63,688 nt of DNA, filler included, from 5 parts of 5 records of this genome joined end to end with filler, not necessarily neighbours in it, one strand, 5' to 3'; counted from the first letter of the whole stretch, positions 9,730 through 19,685 are shown. Notes: generated from the sequence alone by a model not told the origin. Made by a program: numbers and translations.

Positions 9730-11298
9730 ATGACTGCAATGACCGGCGTTCGACCTCTTGTCCTTGCCTTGCTGGACGGCTGGGGCGCTCGCGGCGAGCG
9801 CGACGGCAATGCGCTCGCGCTGGCGCGGACGCCGATCTACGACCGGCTGGCGGCGACATGGCCGCATACGCAGCTGCAGGCAGCGGGCGAAGCCGTGGGC
9901 CTCGCCTCCGGCAAGCCGGGACATCCACAAGCCGCCTACACAACGCTCGGCGCGGGCCGCGCCGTCGAACCGCCTCTGGCGCGCATCGGCCGCGCCTTTG
10001 CGAGCGAAGGTGCGAACGGCATCGCGGCGCATCCGCTGCTCAAGGAAATCGTCTCGCGCGTGCGCCCGCTCGGCGGCGCGGTCCACCTGATCGGCGCGAT
10101 GACGCCATCGGGCATTGCGGGAAACCAGCATTACATGGCCGTGCTCGCGGCTCTTCTGAGCCATGAGGGCGTGAAAGTCTGGGTCCATGCCGTGATGGAC
10201 GGGCAGGACACCCACCCCCAGAGCGGCATCGACCATCTGAGCGAGTTCCTGGACGATATCGCAGGCGCGGAACATGCGGACCTCGGCAGCGTGCTCGGCC
10301 GCACCTTTGGTTTCGACGACGCTTCCGATCCGGCGGCGACTGCGAGCGCGTGGCGCGCACTCGCCAATGCCGAGGCTCCCATCACCGAATATCCGACCGC
10401 TTATCTGGACGAGTGCTACCGCAAGGGCCTCGCCGACGACCGCGTGCCGCCTGCCCTTGCCTCCTCATTCCGGGGCATCCGGCAGGACGACGCGCTGTTG
10501 CTCGTCAATTTGCAGCCCGACCACGGGCAAAACCTTCTCGCCGCGCTGGCGGACCCGGCAGGCGCCGGGCTGGCCCAGAAATCCCCCGTGCTCTCCGGTG
10601 TCTATTCGCTGGTGAAGCTCGGCACACCGCTCGGAGCGGAGGTCGCGGCGCTTTACGACGCGATGTCCTTCGCGCCGAGCCTTGCCGCCACGCTCGCGGC
10701 CGCCGGGCTGAAGCAGCTGACGCTGACCGAAAGCATCGCGGAAACAAACCTCTCGACCTTCGCGCGCGGCGGCGCGGCATCGTTCTTTGCGGACGAAACC
10801 GTGCTCGTCACCGACACGCCCTCGCCTGCGCAGATCGAGCGGAAACCGGACCTCGCTTCGGCGAGCATCACGAGCGAGCTTCTCGCGGCGCTGAAGAAGG
10901 GCGAGCACGACGTCATCACCGCCGCTTTTGCCAACCCGGCCGTCCTCGGGCGGACCGGCAATTTGAAAGCAACGATTGCAGCCATCGAAGCCGTCGACAA
11001 ATGCCTAGGCAAGATCGCCGCTCAGATCGACAAGCGCGGTGGCACGCTGATCCTGTGCGGCACCTACGGCAAGGCGGAGACGATGCTTGACCCGGAAACG
11101 GGCGGGCCCTGCCGCCGCACCACGGCATCGCCCGTGCCCTTCGTCATGATCGGCGGCCCGAAAGACCTCACGCTCGAACGGGGGACGCTCGCCGATGTCG
11201 CGCCGACGCTTCTCCATCTTTGCGGCGTCGATGCCCCAGCGGCGATGACGGGCAGCTCGCTCATCGCTGCCGAGGCCGCCGACCGGGTCAGTGCGTAG
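9730..11298 (+). CDS. Cofactor-independent phosphoglycerate mutase (GpmI)-like protein, predicted catalytically inactive
   Basis: Colinear with iPGM (LLDGWG, GNALALARTP, GEAVGL, LGAGR, AIEAVDKCLG, GTLADVAPTLL, MTGSSL) and in the usual gpmI position between rlmH and envC. The catalytic motifs are replaced (see findings). Confidence 0.85.
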   Translation: MTAMTGVRPLVLALLDGWGARGERDGNALALARTPIYDRLAATWPHTQLQAAGEAVGLASGKPGHPQAAYTTLGAGRAVEPPLARIGRAFASEGANGIAAHPLLKEIVSRVRPLGGAVHLIGAMTPSGIAGNQHYMAVLAALLSHEGVKVWVHAVMDGQDTHPQSGIDHLSEFLDDIAGAEHADLGSVLGRTFGFDDASDPAATASAWRALANAEAPITEYPTAYLDECYRKGLADDRVPPALASSFRGIRQDDALLLVNLQPDHGQNLLAALADPAGAGLAQKSPVLSGVYSLVKLGTPLGAEVAALYDAMSFAPSLAATLAAAGLKQLTLTESIAETNLSTFARGGAASFFADETVLVTDTPSPAQIERKPDLASASITSELLAALKKGEHDVITAAFANPAVLGRTGNLKATIAAIEAVDKCLGKIAAQIDKRGGTLILCGTYGKAETMLDPETGGPCRRTTASPVPFVMIGGPKDLTLERGTLADVAPTLLHLCGVDAPAAMTGSSLIAAEAADRVSA

Positions 11299-11308
11299 GC
11301 GCGCCCAT

Positions 11309-12646
11309 ATGAGCCTGCGGCCGCTGCCGCTGGCGGCGCTCCTTGCCGCCCTCACAGCGGCGCCTTCCCTCGCGGAAACGGCGGAGCCCGGCGAACTCGA
11401 AACCCTGCAAAAGGAAATCGGCACGACACTTGAGCGCCAGAAGGAACTGCAGGCGCAGGCGGACGCCGCCCGCGAAGAAGCGGGAGAGGTTCGCCGCAAG
11501 CTGATCGGCACGGCGGCGCGGGTCCAGACGCACGAAGCCGACGTTTCGGCTTCCGAGGACAGGCTGCAGGGTCTGAAGGGCGCGGAAGCCGTGCTGACGG
11601 CGCAACTGGAGAAACGCCGGGGCGAGATGGCGGAGCTTCTGGCGGCGCTGACGCGGCTCGACCGGCACCCGCCGCCCGCCCTTGCCGTCCGCCCCGACGA
11701 TGCGCTTTCCTCGATCCGCAGCGCCCTTCTGCTGGGCGCGGTGGTGCCCGAACTTCAGGCGGAAGCGGAGGAACTGCGCGACCGGCTGGAGCAGTTAGCC
11801 GCCCTTCGGCAGGACATTCTGGAGGAGCGCGACACGCTCGAAACGGCCCAGACTTCCCTCGAAGCGGAGCGAGAGGAACTGCAGGCGCTACTCGACCGGA
11901 AGCTGGCGCTCCAGCAGAAATTCGCGAAGGAAGCCGAAAGCGAACAGGCCCGCGCCGAGCGCCTTTCCCGGCAGGCGACGGACCTCTCGGACCTGATCGC
12001 GCGGCTGGAAACAGGCGCCGCCGCCCGGCTGCCCGCCGCCCGGCCCGAATTCTCGCCCGACCCGGAACCCCCGGCCCGGCAGGCCGAACCTGCACCGGAT
12101 CAAGACGTCGAGGAGGCCCCGCAGCGGGAATTCGCCATGCTGCGCCCGCCCGCGACCCCGCCCTCCATGCCTTCCTCGCGGCTTTTCTCGGACGCGAGGG
12201 GCCTGATCCGGCCGCCCGTTGCAGGCGCCGTCATCCGGGATTTCGGCAATCGCGACGCCAGCGGCGCCCGAACGCAGGGAATAACCATTGCCACCCGCAC
12301 CGAAGCACAAATTGTTGCCCCATTTGACGGCAGAATCTCCTATGCGGGGCCGTTCCGGCACTACGGCCAACTCTTGATAATATCTGTCGGAGAGGGCTAC
12401 CATGTGTTGTTGGCGGGCATGAGCAATATCGATTGTGTCGTGGGCCAAAACATCCTTGCCGGCGAGCCGGTCGGCATGATGGGCGCCGCGTCTGCCCGGG
12501 ACGATCTGGCCGTACAAGGAAATTCGGCAAGGCGGGACGGAACCTCGGACTCCGGCCCGGCGCTCTATATCGAGTTCCGCAAGGACGGAGACCCGATCGA
12601 TCCCCGACCCTGGCTGTTGATGAGTGACGAAAAGGCACGTGGTTAA
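11309..12646 (+). CDS. envC: Murein hydrolase activator EnvC family (coiled coil plus degenerate M23/LytM domain)
   Basis: Signal peptide, long coiled coil, and a C-terminal APFDGRISYAGPFRHYGQLLII...LYIEFRKDGDPIDP domain lacking the Zn-ligand His motifs. Confidence 0.88.
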   Translation: MSLRPLPLAALLAALTAAPSLAETAEPGELETLQKEIGTTLERQKELQAQADAAREEAGEVRRKLIGTAARVQTHEADVSASEDRLQGLKGAEAVLTAQLEKRRGEMAELLAALTRLDRHPPPALAVRPDDALSSIRSALLLGAVVPELQAEAEELRDRLEQLAALRQDILEERDTLETAQTSLEAEREELQALLDRKLALQQKFAKEAESEQARAERLSRQATDLSDLIARLETGAAARLPAARPEFSPDPEPPARQAEPAPDQDVEEAPQREFAMLRPPATPPSMPSSRLFSDARGLIRPPVAGAVIRDFGNRDASGARTQGITIATRTEAQIVAPFDGRISYAGPFRHYGQLLIISVGEGYHVLLAGMSNIDCVVGQNILAGEPVGMMGAASARDDLAVQGNSARRDGTSDSGPALYIEFRKDGDPIDPRPWLLMSDEKARG

Positions 12647-13975
12647 ATGAACAAGTCTGTCTTCGCTGGCTTCGCGGTCGGTACCCTCCTCTCCTTCGTC
12701 GCCGTGGCCGGCGTCAAACAGGTCGTTCTCGACACGCCGGCCTACGCGAACGAGGCCAACACTTATCGGCAGCTCAATCTCTTCGGCGACGTTTTCGAGC
12801 GCGTCCGCGCGGACTATGTCGAGCCGACGGATGACGCCAAGCTCGTCGAGAACGCCATCAACGGCATGCTCACCTCGCTCGATCCGCATTCGAGCTACAT
12901 GACGCCGAAGACCTTCCGCGACATGCAGGTGCAGACGCGAGGCGAATTCGGCGGCCTCGGCATCGAAGTCACGATGGAGAACGGTGTCGTCAAGGTCGTG
13001 ACGCCCATCGACGACACGCCCGCGAGCCGCGCAGGCATGCGCCCGAGCGACTACATCACTCATATCGACGGCACGCAGATTCTCGGCCTGACGCTTTCGG
13101 ACGCGGTCGACAAGATGCGCGGGCCGGTCAATACCGACGTCCTGCTGACGGTGGTCCGCAAAGGTGTCGAAGAGCCTTTCGAAGTGAAGCTCACGCGCGA
13201 CATCATCACCATCAAGTCGGTGAAGTTCAATCGCGAGGGCGACATCGGCTATATCCGCGTCACCTCCTTCAATGAACAGACCTCCGACCTGCTGGACGAC
13301 GCCATTACCAGCCTCACCAAGCAGATCGGCGCGTCACGCTTGCGCGGTTTCATCGTCGACCTGCGCAACAATCCGGGCGGCCTGCTCGATCAGGCGATTT
13401 CGGTGAGCGACGAGTTCATGGATGGCGGCGAGATCGTTTCGACGCGCGGCCGCCATCCCGAAGACACGCAGCGTTACAATGCACGCGGCGGCGACGTGAC
13501 GAGCGGCAAGCCGGTCATCGTGCTGTTGAACGGCGGCTCGGCGAGCGCTTCGGAAATCGTCGCGGGCGCGCTGCAGGATCACCGCCGCGCGACCATTCTC
13601 GGCACACGCTCTTTCGGCAAGGGCTCGGTACAGACGATCATCCCACTCGGCTCCGACGGGGCGCTGCGTCTCACGACCGCGCGCTACTACACGCCGTCCG
13701 GCCGCTCGATCCAGGCGAAGGGCATCGACCCCGACATCGTGGTCAACCAGACCCCGCCGGAGGAACGCAAGACTTCGTCCAAGACGGGCGAGTCCGCATT
13801 GCCGGGCCATCTGGCGGCCGAGGAAGGCGACGAGATCGCCGGTTCCGACAGCTTCGTCCCGAAGGACAAGAAAGACGACAAGCAGCTTCTCTATGCGATC
13901 GACCTGCTGAATGGCGCGCGCAAGGATGCGGCTTACCTCGGCGCGGGGCGGACATCGAGCGCAATGGCCAATTGA
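12647..13975 (+). CDS. ctpA: S41 family carboxy-terminal processing protease
   Basis: LDPHS, PDZ GGLGI, DLRNNPGG, SASASE (catalytic Ser), SFGKGSVQ and YYTPSGRSIQ. Confidence 0.95.
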   Translation: MNKSVFAGFAVGTLLSFVAVAGVKQVVLDTPAYANEANTYRQLNLFGDVFERVRADYVEPTDDAKLVENAINGMLTSLDPHSSYMTPKTFRDMQVQTRGEFGGLGIEVTMENGVVKVVTPIDDTPASRAGMRPSDYITHIDGTQILGLTLSDAVDKMRGPVNTDVLLTVVRKGVEEPFEVKLTRDIITIKSVKFNREGDIGYIRVTSFNEQTSDLLDDAITSLTKQIGASRLRGFIVDLRNNPGGLLDQAISVSDEFMDGGEIVSTRGRHPEDTQRYNARGGDVTSGKPVIVLLNGGSASASEIVAGALQDHRRATILGTRSFGKGSVQTIIPLGSDGALRLTTARYYTPSGRSIQAKGIDPDIVVNQTPPEERKTSSKTGESALPGHLAAEEGDEIAGSDSFVPKDKKDDKQLLYAIDLLNGARKDAAYLGAGRTSSAMAN

Positions 13976-14012
13976 GCGCTCCGCAGCGATCCGCCGGAGA
14001 CGATTTGCGAGC

Positions 14013-15281
14013 ATGGTGGCGAAGATAGCGGCGAACGGTTCCGGCCCGGCCCGGAACGGGCACCTGGATGAGGACGGGGGAGGACATGCGGGCCGCATTC
14101 TGGCGGCTGCCGCGCTTCTCGTCGTGCTCGTCTGTGGCGGCACGTTTGCCTGGCTCCTCCTTTCCGATAACAGACTTGCGGGCGAACCCGTGGTCCGCGT
14201 CGCGATTGCACCCGAAGAACCCGAGACGCCCGCGGAGCCGGAGGACGTGGCAAAGGCCGACCCGGAAACGTCACCCGCCGAAACGGCTCTCAACGAACCG
14301 CAAGCCTCCGAAGGCGATGTCGAAGACTTGAGCGCCGACGAGCAGGCGCTGCTCGATGCGGCGCGCAATCTCGACGGCGGCGGAGACAGCGATGTATCGG
14401 GAGAGGTGCGGATCGTCGGCGCGGAAAGCGTGTCCGGCGAAAGCGGAGAGGAAGCGGGCGATGCCGGGGGCACGCCTGTCGTACTTGCCCCTGCGCCCGA
14501 CCCTGCCCTCGTCGAAGAAACCACCGATGGACCGCTGCCGAAGATCGCGCGGGACGGGCGCAAGCCCTGGCAGACCTATGCGCGGCCCGTGCCGCCGGAA
14601 GCACGGATCGATAAGCGCATCGCGCTTGTCGTCAGCGGCATGGGGATCAGCGAAAGCGCGACCGCGCATGCAATCGACGTATTGCCGCCGGAAGTGACGC
14701 TTTCCTTCGCACCTTACGGTTCCGGCCTGCAGGGCTGGATCGCGAAGGCACGGGAGGCGGGTCACGAAGTGCTGCTCGAACTGCCGATGGAGCCTTTCGG
14801 CTATCCGCAGAACGATCCAGGCCCGCACACACTGCTGACGGGCGGCAATGCGGACGAAAATATCTCACGCCTTGAATGGCTGATGAGCCGCTTCACCGGC
14901 TATGCGGGCGTGATGAACTATCAGGGCGCGCGCTTCACGACATCGGCTTCCGCGCTGACGCCGGTCATGTCCGCGCTCGGCGCGCGCGGCCTGCTCTATG
15001 TCGACAATGGCGCCTCGGCCCGGAGCCTCGCGCCGGAAATAGCGAGGAAGGCAGGCATGCCCGCCGTGCAGGCGACGCGCATCGTCGACCCTGTGCAAAA
15101 CCCCGAAGTGATCGCAACCTCGCTCGACACGCTGGAAAAAGTGGCCCGGGAAAAGGGCAGCGCCGTCGGCGTCGCCTCCGGCTTCCCCGTGACGGTCGAT
15201 GCGCTCGTGCAATGGGCGGCGTCGCTGAAGGAAGAGGGCTACGTGCTGGTACCGGTAACGGCGCTGGCCAAAGACAACTGA
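14013..15281 (+). CDS. Divergent polysaccharide deacetylase family protein (YibQ-like), membrane anchored
   Basis: N-terminal TM segment, acidic linker, then VTLSFAPYG, GHEVLLELPMEP, DPGPHTL and GVMNYQG. Usual position after ctpA. Start taken at ATG 14013. Confidence 0.88.
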   Translation: MVAKIAANGSGPARNGHLDEDGGGHAGRILAAAALLVVLVCGGTFAWLLLSDNRLAGEPVVRVAIAPEEPETPAEPEDVAKADPETSPAETALNEPQASEGDVEDLSADEQALLDAARNLDGGGDSDVSGEVRIVGAESVSGESGEEAGDAGGTPVVLAPAPDPALVEETTDGPLPKIARDGRKPWQTYARPVPPEARIDKRIALVVSGMGISESATAHAIDVLPPEVTLSFAPYGSGLQGWIAKAREAGHEVLLELPMEPFGYPQNDPGPHTLLTGGNADENISRLEWLMSRFTGYAGVMNYQGARFTTSASALTPVMSALGARGLLYVDNGASARSLAPEIARKAGMPAVQATRIVDPVQNPEVIATSLDTLEKVAREKGSAVGVASGFPVTVDALVQWAASLKEEGYVLVPVTALAKDN

Positions 15282-15295
15282 CGAAAGCGGAAGAC

Positions 15296-15820
15296 ATGCC
15301 GAGCCACAAGAAAGAGGGAACGCCGGTCGCGCCCGAAACGCTGCCTTACCGGCCATGTGTCGGCATCATGCTGATCAACCGGGATGGCCTCGTCTGGACC
15401 GGCAACCGCATCCAGGAAGTCGATACCGGAAGCCCTCTCAGCTGGCAGATGCCGCAGGGCGGGATCGACGATGGCGAAGAACCGGCGCAGGCCGCCTTCC
15501 GCGAGCTGAAGGAAGAGACGGGCACGGATAAGGCAAGGATCATCGGCGAGACGCAGGACTGGCTCACTTACGAGCTGCCGCCCCATCTCGTCGGGATCGC
15601 CCTGAAAGGGAAGTATCGCGGGCAGAAACAGAAATGGTTCGCCATGCGATTTACCGGGAAAGACGACGACATCGACATCGCCGCGGATGCGCACCAGGAA
15701 TTCAGCGAATGGGCCTGGCTGCCGGTGTCGGAACTCGTCGAACTCATCGTACCGTTCAAGCGCGGTGTCTACGAACAGATCGTTCGCGAACTGGGGCCGC
15801 TTGCGCAGCCGGGTACGTGA
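15296..15820 (+). CDS. rppH: RNA pyrophosphohydrolase
   Basis: LPYRPCVG, Nudix box WQMPQGGIDDGE...AAFRELKEETG, YRGQKQKWF and VPFKRGVY. Confidence 0.95.
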   Translation: MPSHKKEGTPVAPETLPYRPCVGIMLINRDGLVWTGNRIQEVDTGSPLSWQMPQGGIDDGEEPAQAAFRELKEETGTDKARIIGETQDWLTYELPPHLVGIALKGKYRGQKQKWFAMRFTGKDDDIDIAADAHQEFSEWAWLPVSELVELIVPFKRGVYEQIVRELGPLAQPGT

Positions 15821-15830
15821 CCCGGCCGCC

Positions 15831-16913
15831 TCAACCCGCCGCCTTCCACCCGCTGCCGATTGCCTCAAGCTGCTCCGCAAGCGGCATTACGCGCGTCTCG
15901 AACGCATAGCGCGCATAATCCCATCGCTCGCCCGCACGAAGCGCAAAGATGCGTCCGAGCTTTTCTTCCATCACGGCAACGAGCGACATCAGACGATCGA
16001 TGCGCGGCTGCACCTCACCCGGCACCTGTTCGCGCACGGAAAGAAGCGTCTCGCGCATGGCCGAGAAATTATCGGTGCCCGCCGATGCCGGCGGCTCCAT
16101 CCGATCGCTTGCGACAATGTATTTGCCGATATCGTCCTTCAGGCTTTCGAGCTCGCCGCGAAACTGCGCGAAAGGTCCGACAGGCCCGACCTCGTCGGGC
16201 GAGGACACGGCGAGCATGGCGCTCATTGCCTCGCCACAAAGGCTCTGTGCTTCCGCAAGTGCCGGGCGGACATCTTCCGTGTAAAGCTGCAGACCAGGAT
16301 AGCGGTTCAACGTGCCGACGATGGAGGCGACCGCGCGCTCTTCAGCGAGAAGACTGGCGAGAAGCCGCTTGGCCTCCACGAACTCGACAAGCCGCTGGCC
16401 GTCTGTCCAGTCAGCGGAATGCGTTTCAAGAATATCGGCCGCCGATTGAAGGCGCACGGTGGCATCGAGCCATTCCATGCGGAAGCCTTCGCCATCGGTC
16501 AGCAGATAGCCGCGAAGCGCGACGACGCTTGCCTCGCGAGCCGCCAAAAACTCCTGGAGAGCGACGTCGAAATCGGGCACGGCCGTGACCGGCGCGCCGT
16601 CCGCCGTGTCCGCGCGGGCGGAGGTGCTGCCCGCTCCGGACGGCGACGTGCCGCGCTCATCCGGGGAAAAACCAAGGTAACCCGCGCCTCCTGCTGCGAG
16701 CAGCGGGAAGATGAGCCATAGCCGCTTGCGGCGCGGCCGCGCGGAAGGAAATGCATTCTTGATAAGGCGCTTCTTTTTGGCGGAGGACTTTGCCACGGGA
16801 GCGCCGTCCCGGGCGGTCTTGTCTGTAAAGACCTTGTCGTTATCGGCGTCGGGCGGCAATCCGTACCGCGTGCGCCAGTAGTTCTCCGCATCGCGCGTAG
16901 CTGTAAAAGGCAT
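15831..16913 (-). CDS. Hypothetical single-pass membrane protein
   Basis: 360-aa ORF that fills the gap after rppH: basic N-terminus, hydrophobic LWLIFPLLAAGGAGYLGF segment, then a helical-looking domain. No family recognised. Confidence 0.6.
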   Translation of the reverse strand: MPFTATRDAENYWRTRYGLPPDADNDKVFTDKTARDGAPVAKSSAKKKRLIKNAFPSARPRRKRLWLIFPLLAAGGAGYLGFSPDERGTSPSGAGSTSARADTADGAPVTAVPDFDVALQEFLAAREASVVALRGYLLTDGEGFRMEWLDATVRLQSAADILETHSADWTDGQRLVEFVEAKRLLASLLAEERAVASIVGTLNRYPGLQLYTEDVRPALAEAQSLCGEAMSAMLAVSSPDEVGPVGPFAQFRGELESLKDDIGKYIVASDRMEPPASAGTDNFSAMRETLLSVREQVPGEVQPRIDRLMSLVAVMEEKLGRIFALRAGERWDYARYAFETRVMPLAEQLEAIGSGWKAAG

Positions 16914-17143
16914 GACACAACCTGTAATGTGCCGAACCCCGACCAGCGACTACAACGCCATGTTAGCGCCAATGCATGGCGAAATGAAAGAAATGATTCG
17001 TGCTGAAATGTAACAAATGTTAGCGAATGCAAGTTTTTTAGTGACAAGAAGCGCTGAATGAGTTGAATCGGGCTTGCGGGGTACGCTTGGACGGCGATGC
17101 GAGAGTGGCCGGACGAGAAAATCGGTCAGTATCCGGAGGGAAG

Positions 17144-17866
17144 ATGTCCTTCATGGCCCGCGGCTTTATACTTCTTTTCACCGGCGCAGCCGCTCTTGTT
17201 CTGCTGGACAAGGACGCTCGTCTTTTCGCGCACGGCATCGTCACCGATGGTTATGCCTATGTCGCGGGACGCGACGTGCCGGTGCCGCTGGAACGGCCGC
17301 CCATGCTGGCGCTTGCCGATCTCGACGATTGCCTGCGCGGGACGGGCCGCGTCAACGGTGCCGACGCCTATGCGGCGTTCTGCGCCGATCTTGCGAGCTT
17401 CATGCCCGGAGAGCTCACGCCCATCGCGCAAGGCGATACGATGCCGGTTGAACCGCCGGAACGCGAGGTCGCCGATGCACGCGCAACCGGCGACACGCAG
17501 GAGGCCGGCGAACCTTTCTGCACCGCGGACATTCCGGCAATTGTCCATCGCAGCGGCGGCAAGACAAGCGAAGTCGTTGTCGTGCCGCAAGGCTGCAGCG
17601 TGCAGAGCCCCGCCGCCGGAAAAATTCTCTATGCCGGATTCTTCAAGGGTTATCTCGGCGTCATCATTCTGGAAACGCTAAGTGAAACGCGGCTCACCGT
17701 TGCCGGCCTCGGCAATGTCTCGGTGCGGCGCGGCGACGAGTTGTTGGCGGGAAATGAAATCGGCATCAGTTCGGAAACGATTGCGCCGGCACTTGCCGAC
17801 GCGGCGGATGGCGCGGGCGCGGCGCTTCTCGTCGTTGCCGATGCGACGGCGGCGCCGGCGTCCTGA
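17144..17866 (+). CDS. Hypothetical exported/membrane protein with a degenerate M23/LytM-like C-terminal domain
   Basis: N-terminal hydrophobic segment. C-terminal VQSPAAGKILYAGFFKGYLGVIIL...VAGLGNVSVRRGDELLAGNEIG parallels the EnvC M23 domain. GGAGGG RBS; ATG 17153 is an alternative start. Confidence 0.65.
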   Translation: MSFMARGFILLFTGAAALVLLDKDARLFAHGIVTDGYAYVAGRDVPVPLERPPMLALADLDDCLRGTGRVNGADAYAAFCADLASFMPGELTPIAQGDTMPVEPPEREVADARATGDTQEAGEPFCTADIPAIVHRSGGKTSEVVVVPQGCSVQSPAAGKILYAGFFKGYLGVIILETLSETRLTVAGLGNVSVRRGDELLAGNEIGISSETIAPALADAADGAGAALLVVADATAAPAS

Positions 17867-17872
17867 CAGCCC

Positions 17873-18697
17873 TCAGATCGCCGTGCGCGCGAGCTGCCAG
17901 TTGCGGAAGCGCCAGTAGCTCCAGGCAAAAGAGGCCACCGCGCGCATGAGTGCACCGTGGGGCTTCAGCCCCGCCGCCTTGCCGACCATCGACACGAGAC
18001 GGTCGACATGCTGGCGGCGATAAAGGCCAAGGGCGCGCTTCTCATAAGCCTTGGCGAAAAGCTTGCGCTCATATTCAACGCTGCCGTCGCCGGGAGTATT
18101 CGCGGAGTAGTAGGCGCGCGCGAGTTCGTCGTCATCGGCCTCCGATATCCGCTCGATGGCGACGCGCAGGCGCGCCAGAACGGAGGGTGGCTCTTCGCCG
18201 AGATCGTTGAAAAGGTCGTAGAAGAGCTTGTAGTGGCGAAACTCGTCCGCCGCGATGTTGCTCACGATCTGTTTCAGGACGGGCTCGTCGGTCGCATCCT
18301 TGATCGCAGTGTAATAGGACGACGTGCCGCTTTCGACGACACAGCGCGCGATCAGCTCGCCGCCGCGGCTGCCGCGCACGGATTCGATGGCATTTGGATT
18401 GATCGAGTAATCCGCCTGGAAGCGTGCAAACGACGCATCGAAGTCGAACGCCGGATCGGCCAGCGCCGCCCAGCGCGCGAGCGCTTGCCCGTGCTGCACT
18501 TCTTCGCTGCCCCATAGCTGGATCGCCTCTTTCACATCCGGCCTGTCGGCGAAGACGTTGCAGAGATAGGTCACATAATCGGGCGCGTTGAACTCGACCA
18601 TTGCAGCCGCCTTCACGGCGCGCAAAATCTCGGGATCGACCTTGGTGGCGTCGAAATCCTGCCACCTGATATCGTCGAGTGTCCAGTGACGGCTCAT
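17873..18697 (-). CDS. Ferritin-like diiron-carboxylate protein (acyl-ACP desaturase-like)
   Basis: HWTLDDIRW N-terminus and paired ExxH motifs (EEVQH, DEFRH) with upstream Glu ligands (MVEFN, VVESG). Start at ATG 18697. Confidence 0.82.
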   Translation of the reverse strand: MSRHWTLDDIRWQDFDATKVDPEILRAVKAAAMVEFNAPDYVTYLCNVFADRPDVKEAIQLWGSEEVQHGQALARWAALADPAFDFDASFARFQADYSINPNAIESVRGSRGGELIARCVVESGTSSYYTAIKDATDEPVLKQIVSNIAADEFRHYKLFYDLFNDLGEEPPSVLARLRVAIERISEADDDELARAYYSANTPGDGSVEYERKLFAKAYEKRALGLYRRQHVDRLVSMVGKAAGLKPHGALMRAVASFAWSYWRFRNWQLARTAI

Positions 18698-18888
18698 GGC
18701 ATCCAATCCGCTCGTTTTCCCGGGCTGTGTCACAATAACAATATAATCGCGAAACGCGGCGGCTTTAAGGGTGCCGGATTGCCACGGTCCGCTGTTTTTT
18801 GGAAACGCGCGCTGTCTGTTCCGGAAACGAAAGGGCGGCACTCCCGTTCCGGAGGCCGCCCTTTACTAAATCTCTGGCCGGTACGCCG

Positions 18889-19287
18889 TCAGATCGACTG
18901 GCGAAGCTGCTTCAAATGGTCGAGCTTTTCCTGAGCCGCCTGCCGCTTGGCATCTGTCTTGGCGTCCGTCACGTCTTCTTCGGCATTGCCGATTTCACGG
19001 TCGAGCGCCGCCGTATCGAGATCCGCTAGCGGCATCGTGTACTCGGCAAGCACCGTAAGGCCCGCAGGCGTCACTTCCGCGAAACCGCCCCGCACGAAAT
19101 AACGCCGCTGCGGCTGGCCCTGCACATCGACGTCGATAACGCCGGGACGCAGCGTCGACATGACCGGCGCATGACCACCCATGATGCCCATGTCGCCTTC
19201 GACACCGGGCACCACCACCATGTCGACTTCCTCCGACAGGAGGAGCCGCTCGGGCGATACGAGGTCGAAACTCAGCTTCTCGGCCAT
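18889..19287 (-). CDS. atpC: F1F0 ATP synthase epsilon subunit
   Basis: FDLVSPERLL, VPGVEGDMGIMGGHAP, LRPG and VRGGFAEV. Directly downstream of atpD. Confidence 0.96.
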   Translation of the reverse strand: MAEKLSFDLVSPERLLLSEEVDMVVVPGVEGDMGIMGGHAPVMSTLRPGVIDVDVQGQPQRRYFVRGGFAEVTPAGLTVLAEYTMPLADLDTAALDREIGNAEEDVTDAKTDAKRQAAQEKLDHLKQLRQSI

Positions 19288-19299
19288 CTGCCTCTATCC

Positions 19300-19585
<286 letters not shown>

Positions 19586-19685
19586 NNNNNNNNNNNNNNN
19601 NNNNNNNNNNNNNNNNNNNNNNNNNNNNNTTAATTAATTAANNNNNNNNNNNNNNNNNNNNNNNNNNNNNNNNNNNNNNNNNNNN
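19586..19685. other. Artificial contig spacer
   Basis: N44-TTAATTAATTAA-N44. Confidence 0.99.

Noticed and set aside
11309-12646. Missing Zn ligands in the EnvC M23 domain as a novelty
   Set aside because: Degeneracy is the normal, established state of EnvC.
14876-15295. N-terminal extension of RppH in the ORF track (also those of UPF0280 from 20331, GFA from 51508 and MarR from 23318)
   Set aside because: The extensions overlap upstream genes or run through intergenic DNA, and family similarity begins only at the later starts used here.
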